Source: Candidatus Multivorans sp. (GTDB taxonomy: Bacteria; Acidobacteriota; Thermoanaerobaculia; Multivoradales; Multivoraceae). Taken from it: a stretch of DNA of 64,000 nt. The translations under genes and the position numbers were made by a program. Numbering within the stretch: the stretch's first letter is position 1; the number at the start of each line of letters is the position of its first letter. The notes under the pieces were generated by a model. It was not told the origin of the DNA. It saw only the letters and a program-made list of their open reading frames with translations, and searched no databases. The stretch is from contig OZ245033.1 of assembly GCA_965224025.1 (NCBI GenBank), positions 3,456,001-3,520,000 on the forward strand, given 5' to 3'. Shown piece by piece: positions 29,209-40,177 of the stretch.

Positions 29209-31013
29209 CCCGCCGGAATGCGAAGCGTCTGCCCGGCGACGATCAGGTTGCCGCGCAGCCCGTTGGCCTGGCGGATCCTGGCCGCCGAGGTTCGGAACGT
29301 ACGCGCCAACTGGCTCAGGGTGTCGCCCCGCCGGACCCGGTAGAACACATCCTCACCGTCCAGCGGGACCACCAAGCGCTGTCCGGCGTGAATCAGTTCG
29401 GGCCGCCGCAGGTTGTTCGCCGCCGCCAGGACCTTGACGGAGGCGCCGTACTTCCTGGCGATGCGATGCAGAGATTCGCCCTTCCTGACAACGTGGACCG
29501 TGTCCCGGGGCGCCTGCGCCTGTTTGCTCGCCACCTGGGCGGTCGAAGGCGTCGCGGTCCGCGCCGGTTCCTTCGTCTCGGACGGCTCGATGGCGGCCCG
29601 GCGGATCGGCTGCGGTGCGGGACGCCCCGAACCGCGCTGCGGAATTCGCAGCCGTTGGCCGATGTAGATGCGGTCCGCCCTCGGCAGGCGGTTTGCGCGC
29701 TGGAGCTCCGCCACGCTGGAGCCGAATCGGCGCGCGATCCCACCCAACGTGTCGCCCCGACGGACCCGGTAACTGAATGCGGCCTGACGGTCGGTCTTGC
29801 GATCCGGCGGCAGTTCGGCATACGCCTGCTCGAACTGCTCGGCCATGCCATGCGGCACCCGGAGCGGGTAGCGCGGGGGCACCAGGAGGGCGCCCGCCAG
29901 CACGGTCCGGTCCAGCGCGGGATTGAGATCCGCCAGCCGGTCCATCTCCACGCCGGTCGCCGCGGCCAGATCGGTCAGGGCCACGTACCGATCTCGAAGG
30001 GCGGCATCGAATCGGATCTCGGGGAACGGTTCGACGTTCGGGAAGTGACGCTCGCGCTCGACGTAGGAGATCACCGCGGCGATGAACTCGGCGTAGAAGT
30101 TGCGCGAGGCGAAGCCGAACGTCCGCGATTTGTACTTCTCCACCACCACCGCGATATCCCGCGTTCCCAGCCGGCGCACGGCCCGTGCCATGCCGCCGGC
30201 ACCGTGGTTGTAGGCAGTCAACGCCAGAGGCCAGGCCTCGAGGGACTCGTAGTCCTGCCGCAACTTGCGCGCCGCGCCGGCGGCGGCCAGGAGCACGTCC
30301 GACCGCGCGTCGACCGCTTCGTCCATCTGCAGGAAGAACCGGCCGGTCGAGGCGGTGAACTGCCACGCGCCGGAAGCTCCGACCTTCGAGCGGGCCCGGT
30401 AGTTGAACATCGACTCCACGAACGGCAGGCAGCGGAGCTCCCTCGGCAGGCCGTACTGCGCGAGGGTCCGCTCGATGCCGGGCATGAACATGCCCGAGAC
30501 CTCGATCGCTTCCTCGAAGCGGTTCCGCAGTCCGCGCTGGCCGCGGACGATTCCCGCGGCCCGCCGGTACTTCGACCTGCCGCCCGCCATATGCTCCATC
30601 TGGGTGGGTATGGACCGCAGATCCGCCGGCAGGTTCATCACCGGCCGTCCCGCCGCAAGGTCACGGAGGGCCTTGGAGACGCGGCTGACCTCGCTGCGGA
30701 CCCGCTTGATCCGTGCGCGGTCGATCTCCAGCTCCGACGCGCCCTGGGTGCGCAGGTCGCTCATGTCGACGACGCTGTAGATGACCTCCAGGTGCCTCTC
30801 GTCGTGGAGGACGACTTGGTCGCTGGTGTAGGTGGTGAACACCTTCCGCCAGAACTCCACCGCCGCTTCCAGGCTCTTCGGCACCGGGAAGAGCTCCGGG
30901 TCGATGGCGGGATGGTAGCGCTCCTGGGCCTGGGCCCCGGACGCCGCAAGTGTCACGAAGGCGCTGCAGACCAGCGCAGGAATCCAGTGTGCGCTACTAC
31001 GAGTTTCGGTCAT
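29205..31013 (-). CDS. MltD-like lytic transglycosylase with three LysM domains
   Basis: VES catalytic Glu, GAWQF, AYNHG, LysM repeats (YRVRRGDTL, HVVRKGESL, YRVRRGDTL). Confidence 0.9.
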   Translation of the reverse strand: MTETRSSAHWIPALVCSAFVTLAASGAQAQERYHPAIDPELFPVPKSLEAAVEFWRKVFTTYTSDQVVLHDERHLEVIYSVVDMSDLRTQGASELEIDRARIKRVRSEVSRVSKALRDLAAGRPVMNLPADLRSIPTQMEHMAGGRSKYRRAAGIVRGQRGLRNRFEEAIEVSGMFMPGIERTLAQYGLPRELRCLPFVESMFNYRARSKVGASGAWQFTASTGRFFLQMDEAVDARSDVLLAAAGAARKLRQDYESLEAWPLALTAYNHGAGGMARAVRRLGTRDIAVVVEKYKSRTFGFASRNFYAEFIAAVISYVERERHFPNVEPFPEIRFDAALRDRYVALTDLAAATGVEMDRLADLNPALDRTVLAGALLVPPRYPLRVPHGMAEQFEQAYAELPPDRKTDRQAAFSYRVRRGDTLGGIARRFGSSVAELQRANRLPRADRIYIGQRLRIPQRGSGRPAPQPIRRAAIEPSETKEPARTATPSTAQVASKQAQAPRDTVHVVRKGESLHRIARKYGASVKVLAAANNLRRPELIHAGQRLVVPLDGEDVFYRVRRGDTLSQLARTFRTSAARIRQANGLRGNLIVAGQTLRIPAG

Positions 31014-31156
31014 GAGAGCCGCATCTTACTGAGAAACAATGACTTGTGCACCACTCCGGGGTGTGCCCGGGCGTCTCCTCCCGGGGTTGTGAGCGCGCCG
31101 GCAAGCCGCAACGCGCTCGGCGAGAAGGCGAGGTCATCGCGCATTGCACAGTTGGT

Positions 31157-31244
31157 AGCTTGCGCCGTAGAAACTGGGTGCGCCGGCGTCCCCGCCGGCA
31201 TCCGGCGCAAAGCGCTGGTCTTCGGTAGTTCTTCGGCGCAAGCT
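31157..31244. repeat. Nested inverted-repeat (REP/MITE-like) element just after the ahcY stop
   Basis: AGCTTGCGCCGTAGAAACT ... AGTTCTTCGGCGCAAGCT arms enclosing TGCGCCGG...CCGGCGCA. Confidence 0.65.
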
Positions 31245-31245
31245 C

Positions 31246-32781
<1,536 letters not shown>

Positions 32782-32882
32782 CGTCGCACACCTCCAGGAA
32801 CTCGAACGCAAGTGAGTCCGTTCTCGCCGATTCCAGTCCGTTCTTCGCCGGCGCCAGGCCATTCTCGCCAAGTCCGTCGTGG

Positions 32883-32912
32883 ATCCTCAGGCCTCAGGGG
32901 CGCGGCTGTCAA
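32883..32912 (-). promoter_or_regulatory. Possible sigma70 promoter of ahcY
   Basis: TTGACA-18 nt-GAGGAT on the minus strand; -10 is weak. Confidence 0.4.
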
Positions 32913-32931
32913 ACATCGCCCGCTGAAGCAC

Positions 32932-33232
32932 TCAGTCCGACACGTTTCGGCGACCATCGCGCTGACGCCGACGCTCGCCTGCGGTTCGGGATGACGCTCG
33001 GAGGGCCGGTACTCGCTCCGGTAGAGATCGAGCGCGGCTTCGGCGTCCCGGGGCTGAATGAAGTGGGCGAAGCTGTAGGGACAACCGAACCATGCCGGGT
33101 GTTCCGCCAGCCAGTAGCGCCGGTAGCCGAATCGGTCGGCGGCCCGCGCCAGCCTTACCGCCTCCCCGACCGCATCCGCCGCGGTGGAGCCTGCCCGTAT
33201 CGGCATTGGTCAAGAACGCTCAGCGCCAGGGA
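32932..33232 (-). pseudogene. Remnant of a luciferase-like (LLM, YhbW-type) oxidoreductase
   Basis: LSVLDQC then frameshift to PIRAGST...GYRRYWLAEH, joined directly to PYSFAHFI...YRPS; truncated at about 95 codons. Confidence 0.8.
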
Positions 33233-33289
33233 CGGTGCGGGACGTTCACCCGGAAGGTTCCGGCTCGAAGACGGATCCGTACCGGCCAC

Positions 33290-34174
33290 TCAGTAGGCCT
33301 CGGAGCGGCGGAACCGCTCCACCACCCTGCCGTTCTCGCGCTCGGCACGCGCCAGCAACCGGGCCGCCCACTCCTTGCGCTGCTCGTCGACGATCTCCGG
33401 GTCGTAGCGGTCGACCAGGGCGCCGAACTGGCTGATGTGGGCCGCCGAGGCGCGCGCCTTCTTCTCCGCCACGTCCGTGATGTCGATCGTGTAGTTCGGG
33501 TTCGCGCTGTAGTAGAAGAACACGAGCGGGACATTCCAGGCCTCGAAGCCCTCCGCCTCGAGCTCCGGGAAGTACAAGCGCCAGCGTGCGGCCCGGATCG
33601 CGTCGACGGTGATGATCGCCCCCGAGCGGTGATCCGACTTGTGGTACTGCTCGTAGGGTGAGCCGGGATCCACGGAGAACAGGGCGTGGGGTTTGAAGCG
33701 GCGGATCTCCCGCGCCACCTGCCGCGTCAACTCGCGCCGGTCGACGTACTCGAGCATGCCGTCGTCGTGTCCGAGCCAGTGGATGTTCTCCTTCGGGACA
33801 CCGAGGATGCGGCAGGCTTCCTCCTCCTCGGAGCGACGAATCGCCTTCAGGCGGTCCTTCGTCATCTCAGGATCTCGCGATCCGGCGTTGTCCGTGGTGT
33901 AGATCACGATCTGGATCTCGTTGTCCTTCGCCGTCAGGAGAGCCAGCGTGCCGCCCGAAGTGAACGTCTCGTCGTCCGGATGCGGCGTGACGACCAGGAT
34001 GCGGCGGCCGGACCATTCCTCGATCCGGTCCGACCCTGTGTACTCCGGTTCGGGACGGGATATCTGAGCGTCCGTCGCAGCAGCCGCGGCAGCAAGAACG
34101 AGGGCCGCGCCGAGCAGCATCGCTGCTCTGGAGTGGAGCGTCCGTATCGAGGCTCCGGCGGCCGAGTCGAGCAT
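33290..34174 (-). CDS. PIG-L family deacetylase, secreted
   Basis: PHPDDE, RRSE, HKSDH, AHISQF; signal peptide. Confidence 0.9.
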   Translation of the reverse strand: MLDSAAGASIRTLHSRAAMLLGAALVLAAAAAATDAQISRPEPEYTGSDRIEEWSGRRILVVTPHPDDETFTSGGTLALLTAKDNEIQIVIYTTDNAGSRDPEMTKDRLKAIRRSEEEEACRILGVPKENIHWLGHDDGMLEYVDRRELTRQVAREIRRFKPHALFSVDPGSPYEQYHKSDHRSGAIITVDAIRAARWRLYFPELEAEGFEAWNVPLVFFYYSANPNYTIDITDVAEKKARASAAHISQFGALVDRYDPEIVDEQRKEWAARLLARAERENGRVVERFRRSEAY

Positions 34175-34182
34175 CGCGCGTC

Positions 34183-34190
34183 AGTATAGT
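34183..34190. promoter_or_regulatory. Overlapping divergent -10 elements
   Basis: TATAGT (+, 34185-90) 6 nt before ATG 34197; TATACT (-, 34183-88) 8 nt before ATG 34174. Confidence 0.6.
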
Positions 34191-34196
34191 GAAGCC

Positions 34197-35981
34197 ATGG
34201 TCTCGATTTCGCCGTCCCGGAATCCCGCAATTGCCATGTCGGCAGCGCTGACGTTGACGGCGGTGCAGGCGCCCGCCCAGAAACAGGCGAGCCGCGATTC
34301 GCCGGCCGCGACGGTCGTGGAGCAAGTGACAGTGAACGTCGTGAACATCGATGTTCACGTCACGGACCGCCGGCGGAGACCGATCGCCGGTCTTTCCGTA
34401 GAGGACTTCGAGGTCTACGAGGAGGGTGAGCGAGTCGAGATCACGAACTTCCTGAGCGCGGCAGATCGCGACGACTTTGAGTGGGCGGAAGGCGACGAAC
34501 TTGAAGTGCTGGACGTGGGCGACCCGCCACTCATGGTCGCGGTCTACATCGACCGCTACCGCACCAGCCAAGGCAACTTCCTTCGAATCAAGGGGGATCT
34601 GGCATCGTTCCTGAGCGGCCGCGAGGATCGGAGCGGGGGTAGCCGCTTTCTGTTCGCCACCGGTGATCCGGAGCTCAACATCCGGGTCCCGTTCACGACC
34701 GATCCGCGGGAATTGCTCGGGGCTCTGGAGGAATTGCGCTCCGAACGCCGGTCACCCACTCATGACGACGAGCTGTTCCGCCGCCAGATTCTCCGGGAGG
34801 TGCGCCGGGCCTATGAGGCGTGCGCGCAAACGACGCAGAGTCCCGATGTTCCAGGTTGTGTGCCCTGTGTCGACATGTGGCCCAGCTTTCTCGGTTCGGC
34901 GAATCACTACGCTGCCGAGGTCCAGTCGCGGGTCGCGGAGTCAACCTCCGCTCTAGGCGAGTTGATGACGGCCCTCGGCGGTCTACCGGGCCCCAAAGCT
35001 CTCATCTATGTCAGCGACGGCCTGGCCCAGCGGCCGGGAGCTGAGCTGTACCACTACCTGGGAGAGATGTGCCCCGAACGCCAGTCGGAAACGGACGCAC
35101 TGGAACGCGAATGGGACGACACGACGCGTTTCAACCGTCTCAGCGCATTCAGCAACGCGAACCGGGTGACCATCTACCCGATTGATGCGGGGGGAATCCG
35201 TGCCTCTTCTTCGGTCGACCCGAGCCTGGCCGGTCCGGTCGGCGCCGCGGACGAGGGCGGGGCCGGCGGCCAGCGCCTCTCTACCGTGCTCGTTCCCAGC
35301 AACCAGTACGATCGCCTGAGGATCGACAATCTGCAAGCGACGTTGAGCCTGCTTGCCGACGAGACCGGAGGCCGTGCCGTCTTCAATCAGGCCCACCCTG
35401 CGGAAGCTCTGGAGGAGATCGCTACGGACTTCGGCTCCTACTACTCCCTGGGCTACAGCGCGCCCCTCAACCGCCGCCATCGCATCCGGCAGATCGATGT
35501 CCGCCTCGCAATGCCCAAGAAGGGATTGCGGGTGCGCTACAGGCGTTCGTACATCATGAAGTCCGAGGAGCAGCGGCTGGCTGACCGGCTGTACGCCGCC
35601 CTCAAGCTGAACGAACAGAACAACCCCCTGTCCGTTGACGTGACGTTCGGTGAGATGGAGGCGGCGGTCGGTTCAAGGCAGGTCACCCTGCCGGTGGAGG
35701 TCCACGTGCCGCTCGCCGAGGTCACTCTCCTGCCCGGTCCCGCCGGTTCGGCAGGCGCCATGAGGATCTTCCTGATGGCGGAGAACGAAGACGGAAAACG
35801 CACGCCGATGCGCCAGAAGACGCTGACAGTCACCGAGGCTCAGACCTCGCCCGAACAGGAGAAAGCCGTGGTCGTAGTCAACGTCGATCTGCCACCGGGC
35901 GATTTCGCGGTCGCGGTCGGCGTCCGGGACGAGGCGTCCGGCCGCGGCAGCTACCTGGTCAGGAAGATTGCATTCCCCTGA
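34197..35981 (+). CDS. VWFA-related (acidobacterial type) domain protein
   Basis: VNVVNIDVHVTD, GLSVEDFEVYEEG, KALIYVSDG, LADETGG, YYSLGY. Confidence 0.85.
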   Translation: MVSISPSRNPAIAMSAALTLTAVQAPAQKQASRDSPAATVVEQVTVNVVNIDVHVTDRRRRPIAGLSVEDFEVYEEGERVEITNFLSAADRDDFEWAEGDELEVLDVGDPPLMVAVYIDRYRTSQGNFLRIKGDLASFLSGREDRSGGSRFLFATGDPELNIRVPFTTDPRELLGALEELRSERRSPTHDDELFRRQILREVRRAYEACAQTTQSPDVPGCVPCVDMWPSFLGSANHYAAEVQSRVAESTSALGELMTALGGLPGPKALIYVSDGLAQRPGAELYHYLGEMCPERQSETDALEREWDDTTRFNRLSAFSNANRVTIYPIDAGGIRASSSVDPSLAGPVGAADEGGAGGQRLSTVLVPSNQYDRLRIDNLQATLSLLADETGGRAVFNQAHPAEALEEIATDFGSYYSLGYSAPLNRRHRIRQIDVRLAMPKKGLRVRYRRSYIMKSEEQRLADRLYAALKLNEQNNPLSVDVTFGEMEAAVGSRQVTLPVEVHVPLAEVTLLPGPAGSAGAMRIFLMAENEDGKRTPMRQKTLTVTEAQTSPEQEKAVVVVNVDLPPGDFAVAVGVRDEASGRGSYLVRKIAFP

Positions 35982-36014
35982 GATCCCCGGCTCCTGCCGG
36001 CGGCTTCAGCCGCC

Positions 36015-37067
36015 CTACCGAGCCCTGAACGCCTCGACATCCTCGGCGCTCGTCAGCACGTCCAGACCGGTGTAGATCGGGTCCTCGACCGTGCCGCCGC
36101 CCACGAGCTCCAAAAGAACCTCCATCGACCGGTAGCCCATCGCGTACGGGCGCTGCCCCACCTGACCGTGACTCAGGCCCTCGGCCAGCAGCTCCAACTG
36201 CATCGGCAGGACATCGGCGCCGATGATCACGAGGTCCTTTGAGTCGATCCGCTCCCGGTACGGTTCCACCGCCTGCCGGTAGGCCTGGTCGACGAACTGC
36301 GGGAAGCCGCCGGTGATCGAGAACACGTCGAGGTCCGGCTCGGAAGCCAGCACGTCGGCCATCTGCTGCACCGCCAGAGGAAAGTCGTCGTTGGTGTACA
36401 GCGGGCAGGCGTCGACCTCGGTCCAGCCGTTCTCGCCGTCGAGGCGGTTCCCCGGCGGCCCGCCCGACTCGACGCCCGCCAGGGTGTCCCGCAGTCCCTG
36501 CATCCGCTCGTTGTGATTCATCGCCGCGGCGCCGCCCGACTGGATGCAGATGGCGCCCCCGTCCGGTTTCAATCCTCGCAGCAGTTTCGCCTGCTCCACC
36601 CCCATCGCGCGGTTCTGTGTACCCACGTACGTCGTGCGCAACCCGGCGTCTTCGGCGAGCAGGTCGGAATCCCAGGTGATCACGGGAATGCCGGCCTCGT
36701 GGGCCCGGGCGAGCGCCCGCGCCATTGCGGTCGCGTTCGACGGCGACACCGCCAGGCCGTCCACGCGTCGGGTGATCAGGTCCTCGACCACCTGGATCTG
36801 GTCTGCCTCCGTGTGTTCGCTCGGGCCGATATAGAGGCACTCGACGTCTGCCAGATCCGCAGCCGCCTGCATGCAGCCGTCGCGAGCGAAGTCGAAGAAC
36901 GGGTTGTTCATGGCCTTCGGCACCAGGGCGAAGGTGTAGCCCGTTTCCTCCTGAGCGCAACCTGCAGCCCCGAGCGACAGGGCCAAGACGACCGCGGCCG
37001 TGCACCACGCTGGCCGCGGACGTTCGCCGTCTCCGGTCCCCTTGCCCGAACGCATCTGCAACCCCAT
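36015..37067 (-). CDS. Sugar ABC transporter substrate-binding lipoprotein (RbsB-like)
   Basis: AAGC lipobox, VPKAMNNPFF, GIPVITWDSD, YVGTQN, QRPYAMGY; start uncertain. Confidence 0.9.
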   Translation of the reverse strand: MGLQMRSGKGTGDGERPRPAWCTAAVVLALSLGAAGCAQEETGYTFALVPKAMNNPFFDFARDGCMQAAADLADVECLYIGPSEHTEADQIQVVEDLITRRVDGLAVSPSNATAMARALARAHEAGIPVITWDSDLLAEDAGLRTTYVGTQNRAMGVEQAKLLRGLKPDGGAICIQSGGAAAMNHNERMQGLRDTLAGVESGGPPGNRLDGENGWTEVDACPLYTNDDFPLAVQQMADVLASEPDLDVFSITGGFPQFVDQAYRQAVEPYRERIDSKDLVIIGADVLPMQLELLAEGLSHGQVGQRPYAMGYRSMEVLLELVGGGTVEDPIYTGLDVLTSAEDVEAFRAR

Positions 37068-37110
37068 GATGACTCCCGATTCCGATTTGGCGGCGAGCGT
37101 CAACCCGTTC

Positions 37111-38064
37111 TCAACCGCCGGTCTGACCCGCGCGCCGGACCCGCTCCACGAGCATAGCGACGATGATCGATCCCCCCACGAACGCCCCCTGCCAGTACGG
37201 GTCCACGCCGAGCAGGAGCAGGCTGTTCCGGATCAACTCGATCAGAGCCGCGCCCGCGACCGCGCCGAACGCGCCGCCCTCCCCGCCCATCAGGTTGGCG
37301 CCGCCGATCACCGCCGAGGCGATGACGCGCAGCTCGTAGCCCTGCCCCAGCGCGTTCGTGACCGCCCCCAGCCAGCCGATCATCAGGATCGCCGATGCAC
37401 CCGCGAGCAGAGAACTCAGGACGTAGACCGTGAGTTTGACCCGCGCCACCGGCACCCCCGCCAGACGGGTCGAATCCTCGTTGCCGCCGACCGCCAGCAC
37501 GTGGCGCGCCAGGCGGCTGTATCGAAACCATGCCGCCGAGCCCAGAGCGGCGAGGAGAAGCAGCCAGACCGGGTTCGCGAGCCCGAGGAAGCGGCCGCCG
37601 CCCAGAGCGAGCAGCAGATCCTCGTCGGGCCCGAAGTCGTGGACCATCTTGTTGTTCGAGATGACCAGGGCCAGCGAGCGGGCGATGCTGAGCATGCCCA
37701 GGGTGACCACGAAGGGTGAGAGTCGCAGATAGCCGACCAGCACGCCGTTCACCAACCCGCACGCGAGCGCGCACGCAAGCCCCGCGGCGGCGGCGAGGAA
37801 CAGCGATTGCCCCGATCCCAGAACCAGTCCCGTCACGATTCCCGCGAGGCCCATGACCGAGCCGACCGAAAGATCGATTCCGCCGGTCGCGATCACCGCG
37901 GTCTGGCCCAGGGCGATCAGCCCGATGAAGGCGAAGTTGCGGCTGACGTTGAAGATGTTGTCCGCGCTTGCGAACGGCTCGGAGACGAAGCTCATCACCC
38001 CGGCCAGGGCGGCGACGGTCAGCATCACCCATAGCGACCGGGGCGTCCGGCGTAGGCTCTTCAC
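37111..38064 (-). CDS. Sugar ABC transporter permease (RbsC-like)
   Basis: TGGIDLSVGS, PFVVTLG, GGNE, YELRVIASAVIGG; GTGA overlap with ATPase. Confidence 0.92.
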   Translation of the reverse strand: MKSLRRTPRSLWVMLTVAALAGVMSFVSEPFASADNIFNVSRNFAFIGLIALGQTAVIATGGIDLSVGSVMGLAGIVTGLVLGSGQSLFLAAAAGLACALACGLVNGVLVGYLRLSPFVVTLGMLSIARSLALVISNNKMVHDFGPDEDLLLALGGGRFLGLANPVWLLLLAALGSAAWFRYSRLARHVLAVGGNEDSTRLAGVPVARVKLTVYVLSSLLAGASAILMIGWLGAVTNALGQGYELRVIASAVIGGANLMGGEGGAFGAVAGAALIELIRNSLLLLGVDPYWQGAFVGGSIIVAMLVERVRRAGQTGG

Positions 38065-38795
38065 GCGGCTTCGATGGCGCCGGTGATCAGCGCCGTGACC
38101 TCTTCGGGCGACGAGTCGGAGGTCGCCTTGTCGGCCACCTTGCGTCCCCGCCTGAGCACGACGACGCGGTCCGCCACCGCGAACACGTCCGACATCCGGT
38201 GGGAGATCAGCAGCACGGCGACGCCCTGGACGCTCAGGCTGCGGATCAACTCCAGCACCTCGGCGATCTGGCGTACGCTGATGGCCGCGGTTGGTTCGTC
38301 GAGCAGCATGAGCCGAGGCGCGCTCAGACGGGCCCGGGCAAGTGCTACGGCCTGCCGCTGCCCGCCCGACATCCTTCGCACGAGATCGTCCGGTCGCGTG
38401 TCCGAACCGAGTTCCTCGAACAGCTCCGCCGACTTGCGACGCATCCCGGCGTGGTCGAGCACCGGCAGGATCCCGAACAGCCTGCGGCTCCGCTCGCGGC
38501 CCAGAAACACGTTCGCTGCCGCCGAGAGGTTGTCGCACAGGGCCAGGTCCTGGTACACGGCCTCGATCCCGTGCTCTCGAGCCGAAAGCGGCGAGAGTTC
38601 GACCGCCCGCCCATCCCAGAGAATCTCGCCCGACGTGGGCGCGAAGTTCCCGGCGACGATCTTGAGCAGGGTCGACTTCCCCGCCCCGTTGTCGCCCATC
38701 AGGCCGACGACCTCGCCGGGGGTGAGCTCCAGGTCGACGGCCTGAAGCGCCTCGACCGCGCCGAACAGCATGTCGACCGATCGGAGTTGGAGCAT
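38061..38795 (-). CDS. Sugar ABC transporter ATP-binding protein (single domain)
   Basis: GDNGAGKST, YQDLAL, MSGGQRQ, LDEPTAA, ISH. Confidence 0.93.
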   Translation of the reverse strand: MLQLRSVDMLFGAVEALQAVDLELTPGEVVGLMGDNGAGKSTLLKIVAGNFAPTSGEILWDGRAVELSPLSAREHGIEAVYQDLALCDNLSAAANVFLGRERSRRLFGILPVLDHAGMRRKSAELFEELGSDTRPDDLVRRMSGGQRQAVALARARLSAPRLMLLDEPTAAISVRQIAEVLELIRSLSVQGVAVLLISHRMSDVFAVADRVVVLRRGRKVADKATSDSSPEEVTALITGAIEAA

Positions 38796-38809
38796 CGAGC
38801 GCAACCGCG

Positions 38810-40177
38810 TCAGCCGGCCAGGCGCCCGAAGTAGCCCGGCCCCTGGGTCCAGACGTACCAGGCCATGAACCCGGTGAGGAAGACGGTCACCGCGACCATC
38901 GCGCCCCACCACAACCAGCCCCGGACCCCGTCCGCACGGTCGTCTCCCAGGTAGCCCCGCTTTCGCTGCAGGATGACGAAACCGATGTAGGCGGCGGGCA
39001 GGAACAGGCCGCAGATGATGTTCGTCGGCACCGCCAGCCACACCGCGATGTCGCCCCAAAACACCGGTCCGAGCACGCCCGGGGCCGGCAGCAGCATCGC
39101 CAGCCGATGCTTGCGTCCTCCGAAACGCCAACCGAAGAGTTCGCAGGCGACGAAGCCGGTCGCCAGCATGTGCAGGGTGATCGTCGAGAGCGCCATGCCG
39201 AGTACGCCGAGGTCGAAGACGACCCGACCGACCGCCGGGCCGGCAACCGCCGCCAGCGACTTGGCCGCCTCCACCGGCCCCAACCGCACGCCCTCGTAGG
39301 CGGGATCGAGATGGATCGTGTTGGCCGCCGCGATCACCATCAGACTCGCCGCGAGCACATAGGGGATGAAGGTGCCGGTCCAGAGATCGAACCGCGCCAG
39401 CGAGCGGTGTTCCCGCGACCAGCCGCGGGCCAGCAGCGAGTACGGATACAGAAACACCATGTTGATCCCGACGGCCGCGGAAAGCCCGCTCAGGATCACC
39501 GTGACCCCGAGTACGCCGTTGCGCTCGCCGGGCACCGCGAAGCCCACGAAACCGCGGAAGAGTCCTCCCCAGTCCGACACCCCGGTGCGTATCACGACCC
39601 AAGCGAAACAAAAGACGATCCCCCACACCATGTACCGCAGCAGGCGCTCGTAGACGCGGATGAGTTCCGGCCGGCGCCCGTAGAGCGACGAGACGAGGAT
39701 TGCCCAGAAGAGCACCACAAAGCCGAGCAGTGACGCCGGCAGGCCCTCCACGCCGGCCGCTTCGCCGAGGTCGACCAGCACGGCGGACGCCAGCGCGTAC
39801 TGCGGGAAGTGCCAGACGATCGAGGCGATCAACGCCCCCAGCGCCCAGCTCCAGGCCAGCGGCGCCCCGGCAAACCGGCGCATCGCGTCGAACGGCCGCA
39901 CACCCGTGGACAGGGTCTGGTGAGCCACCGCGGACAGCATGACCAGGCCCAGGATCATGGCCAGGGGCGCCACCCACAGGAGCTGGTAGCCGAACACCGC
40001 GCCCGCGAACAGGGCGGACGCCGCGGTGCCGCTGCCGAGCGTCATCGCGCTCTGCATGTAGCCGGGTCCGATCAGGCCCGCAAAGGCGCGCCAGCGGGTC
40101 GTTCGGGGCGCCGTCTCGAGATCCGACAGGTGCTGGCGCTCCGCCGCAAGGGCCGCCGGGTCAGGGGGATGGGCCAT
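38810..40177 (-). CDS. NRAMP-superfamily-like secondary transporter
   Basis: GPGYMQSAMTLGSG, GAVFGYQLLW, about 11 hydrophobic segments; alternative start at 40219. Confidence 0.7.
   Translation of the reverse strand: MAHPPDPAALAAERQHLSDLETAPRTTRWRAFAGLIGPGYMQSAMTLGSGTAASALFAGAVFGYQLLWVAPLAMILGLVMLSAVAHQTLSTGVRPFDAMRRFAGAPLAWSWALGALIASIVWHFPQYALASAVLVDLGEAAGVEGLPASLLGFVVLFWAILVSSLYGRRPELIRVYERLLRYMVWGIVFCFAWVVIRTGVSDWGGLFRGFVGFAVPGERNGVLGVTVILSGLSAAVGINMVFLYPYSLLARGWSREHRSLARFDLWTGTFIPYVLAASLMVIAAANTIHLDPAYEGVRLGPVEAAKSLAAVAGPAVGRVVFDLGVLGMALSTITLHMLATGFVACELFGWRFGGRKHRLAMLLPAPGVLGPVFWGDIAVWLAVPTNIICGLFLPAAYIGFVILQRKRGYLGDDRADGVRGWLWWGAMVAVTVFLTGFMAWYVWTQGPGYFGRLAG

Noticed and set aside
32782-32940. 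SAH riboswitch upstream of ahcY
   Set aside because: I could not find the GAGGAGCG, CCAGGCUC or AACGGCGCUC elements; an Infernal scan is needed to exclude it fully.
38796-39977. Long N-terminal extension on the ABC ATPase ORF (similarly on the permease, etfA, pal, ribH and miaB ORFs)
   Set aside because: Stop-free overlap with the upstream gene in another frame or with non-coding DNA; family similarity begins at downstream starts.
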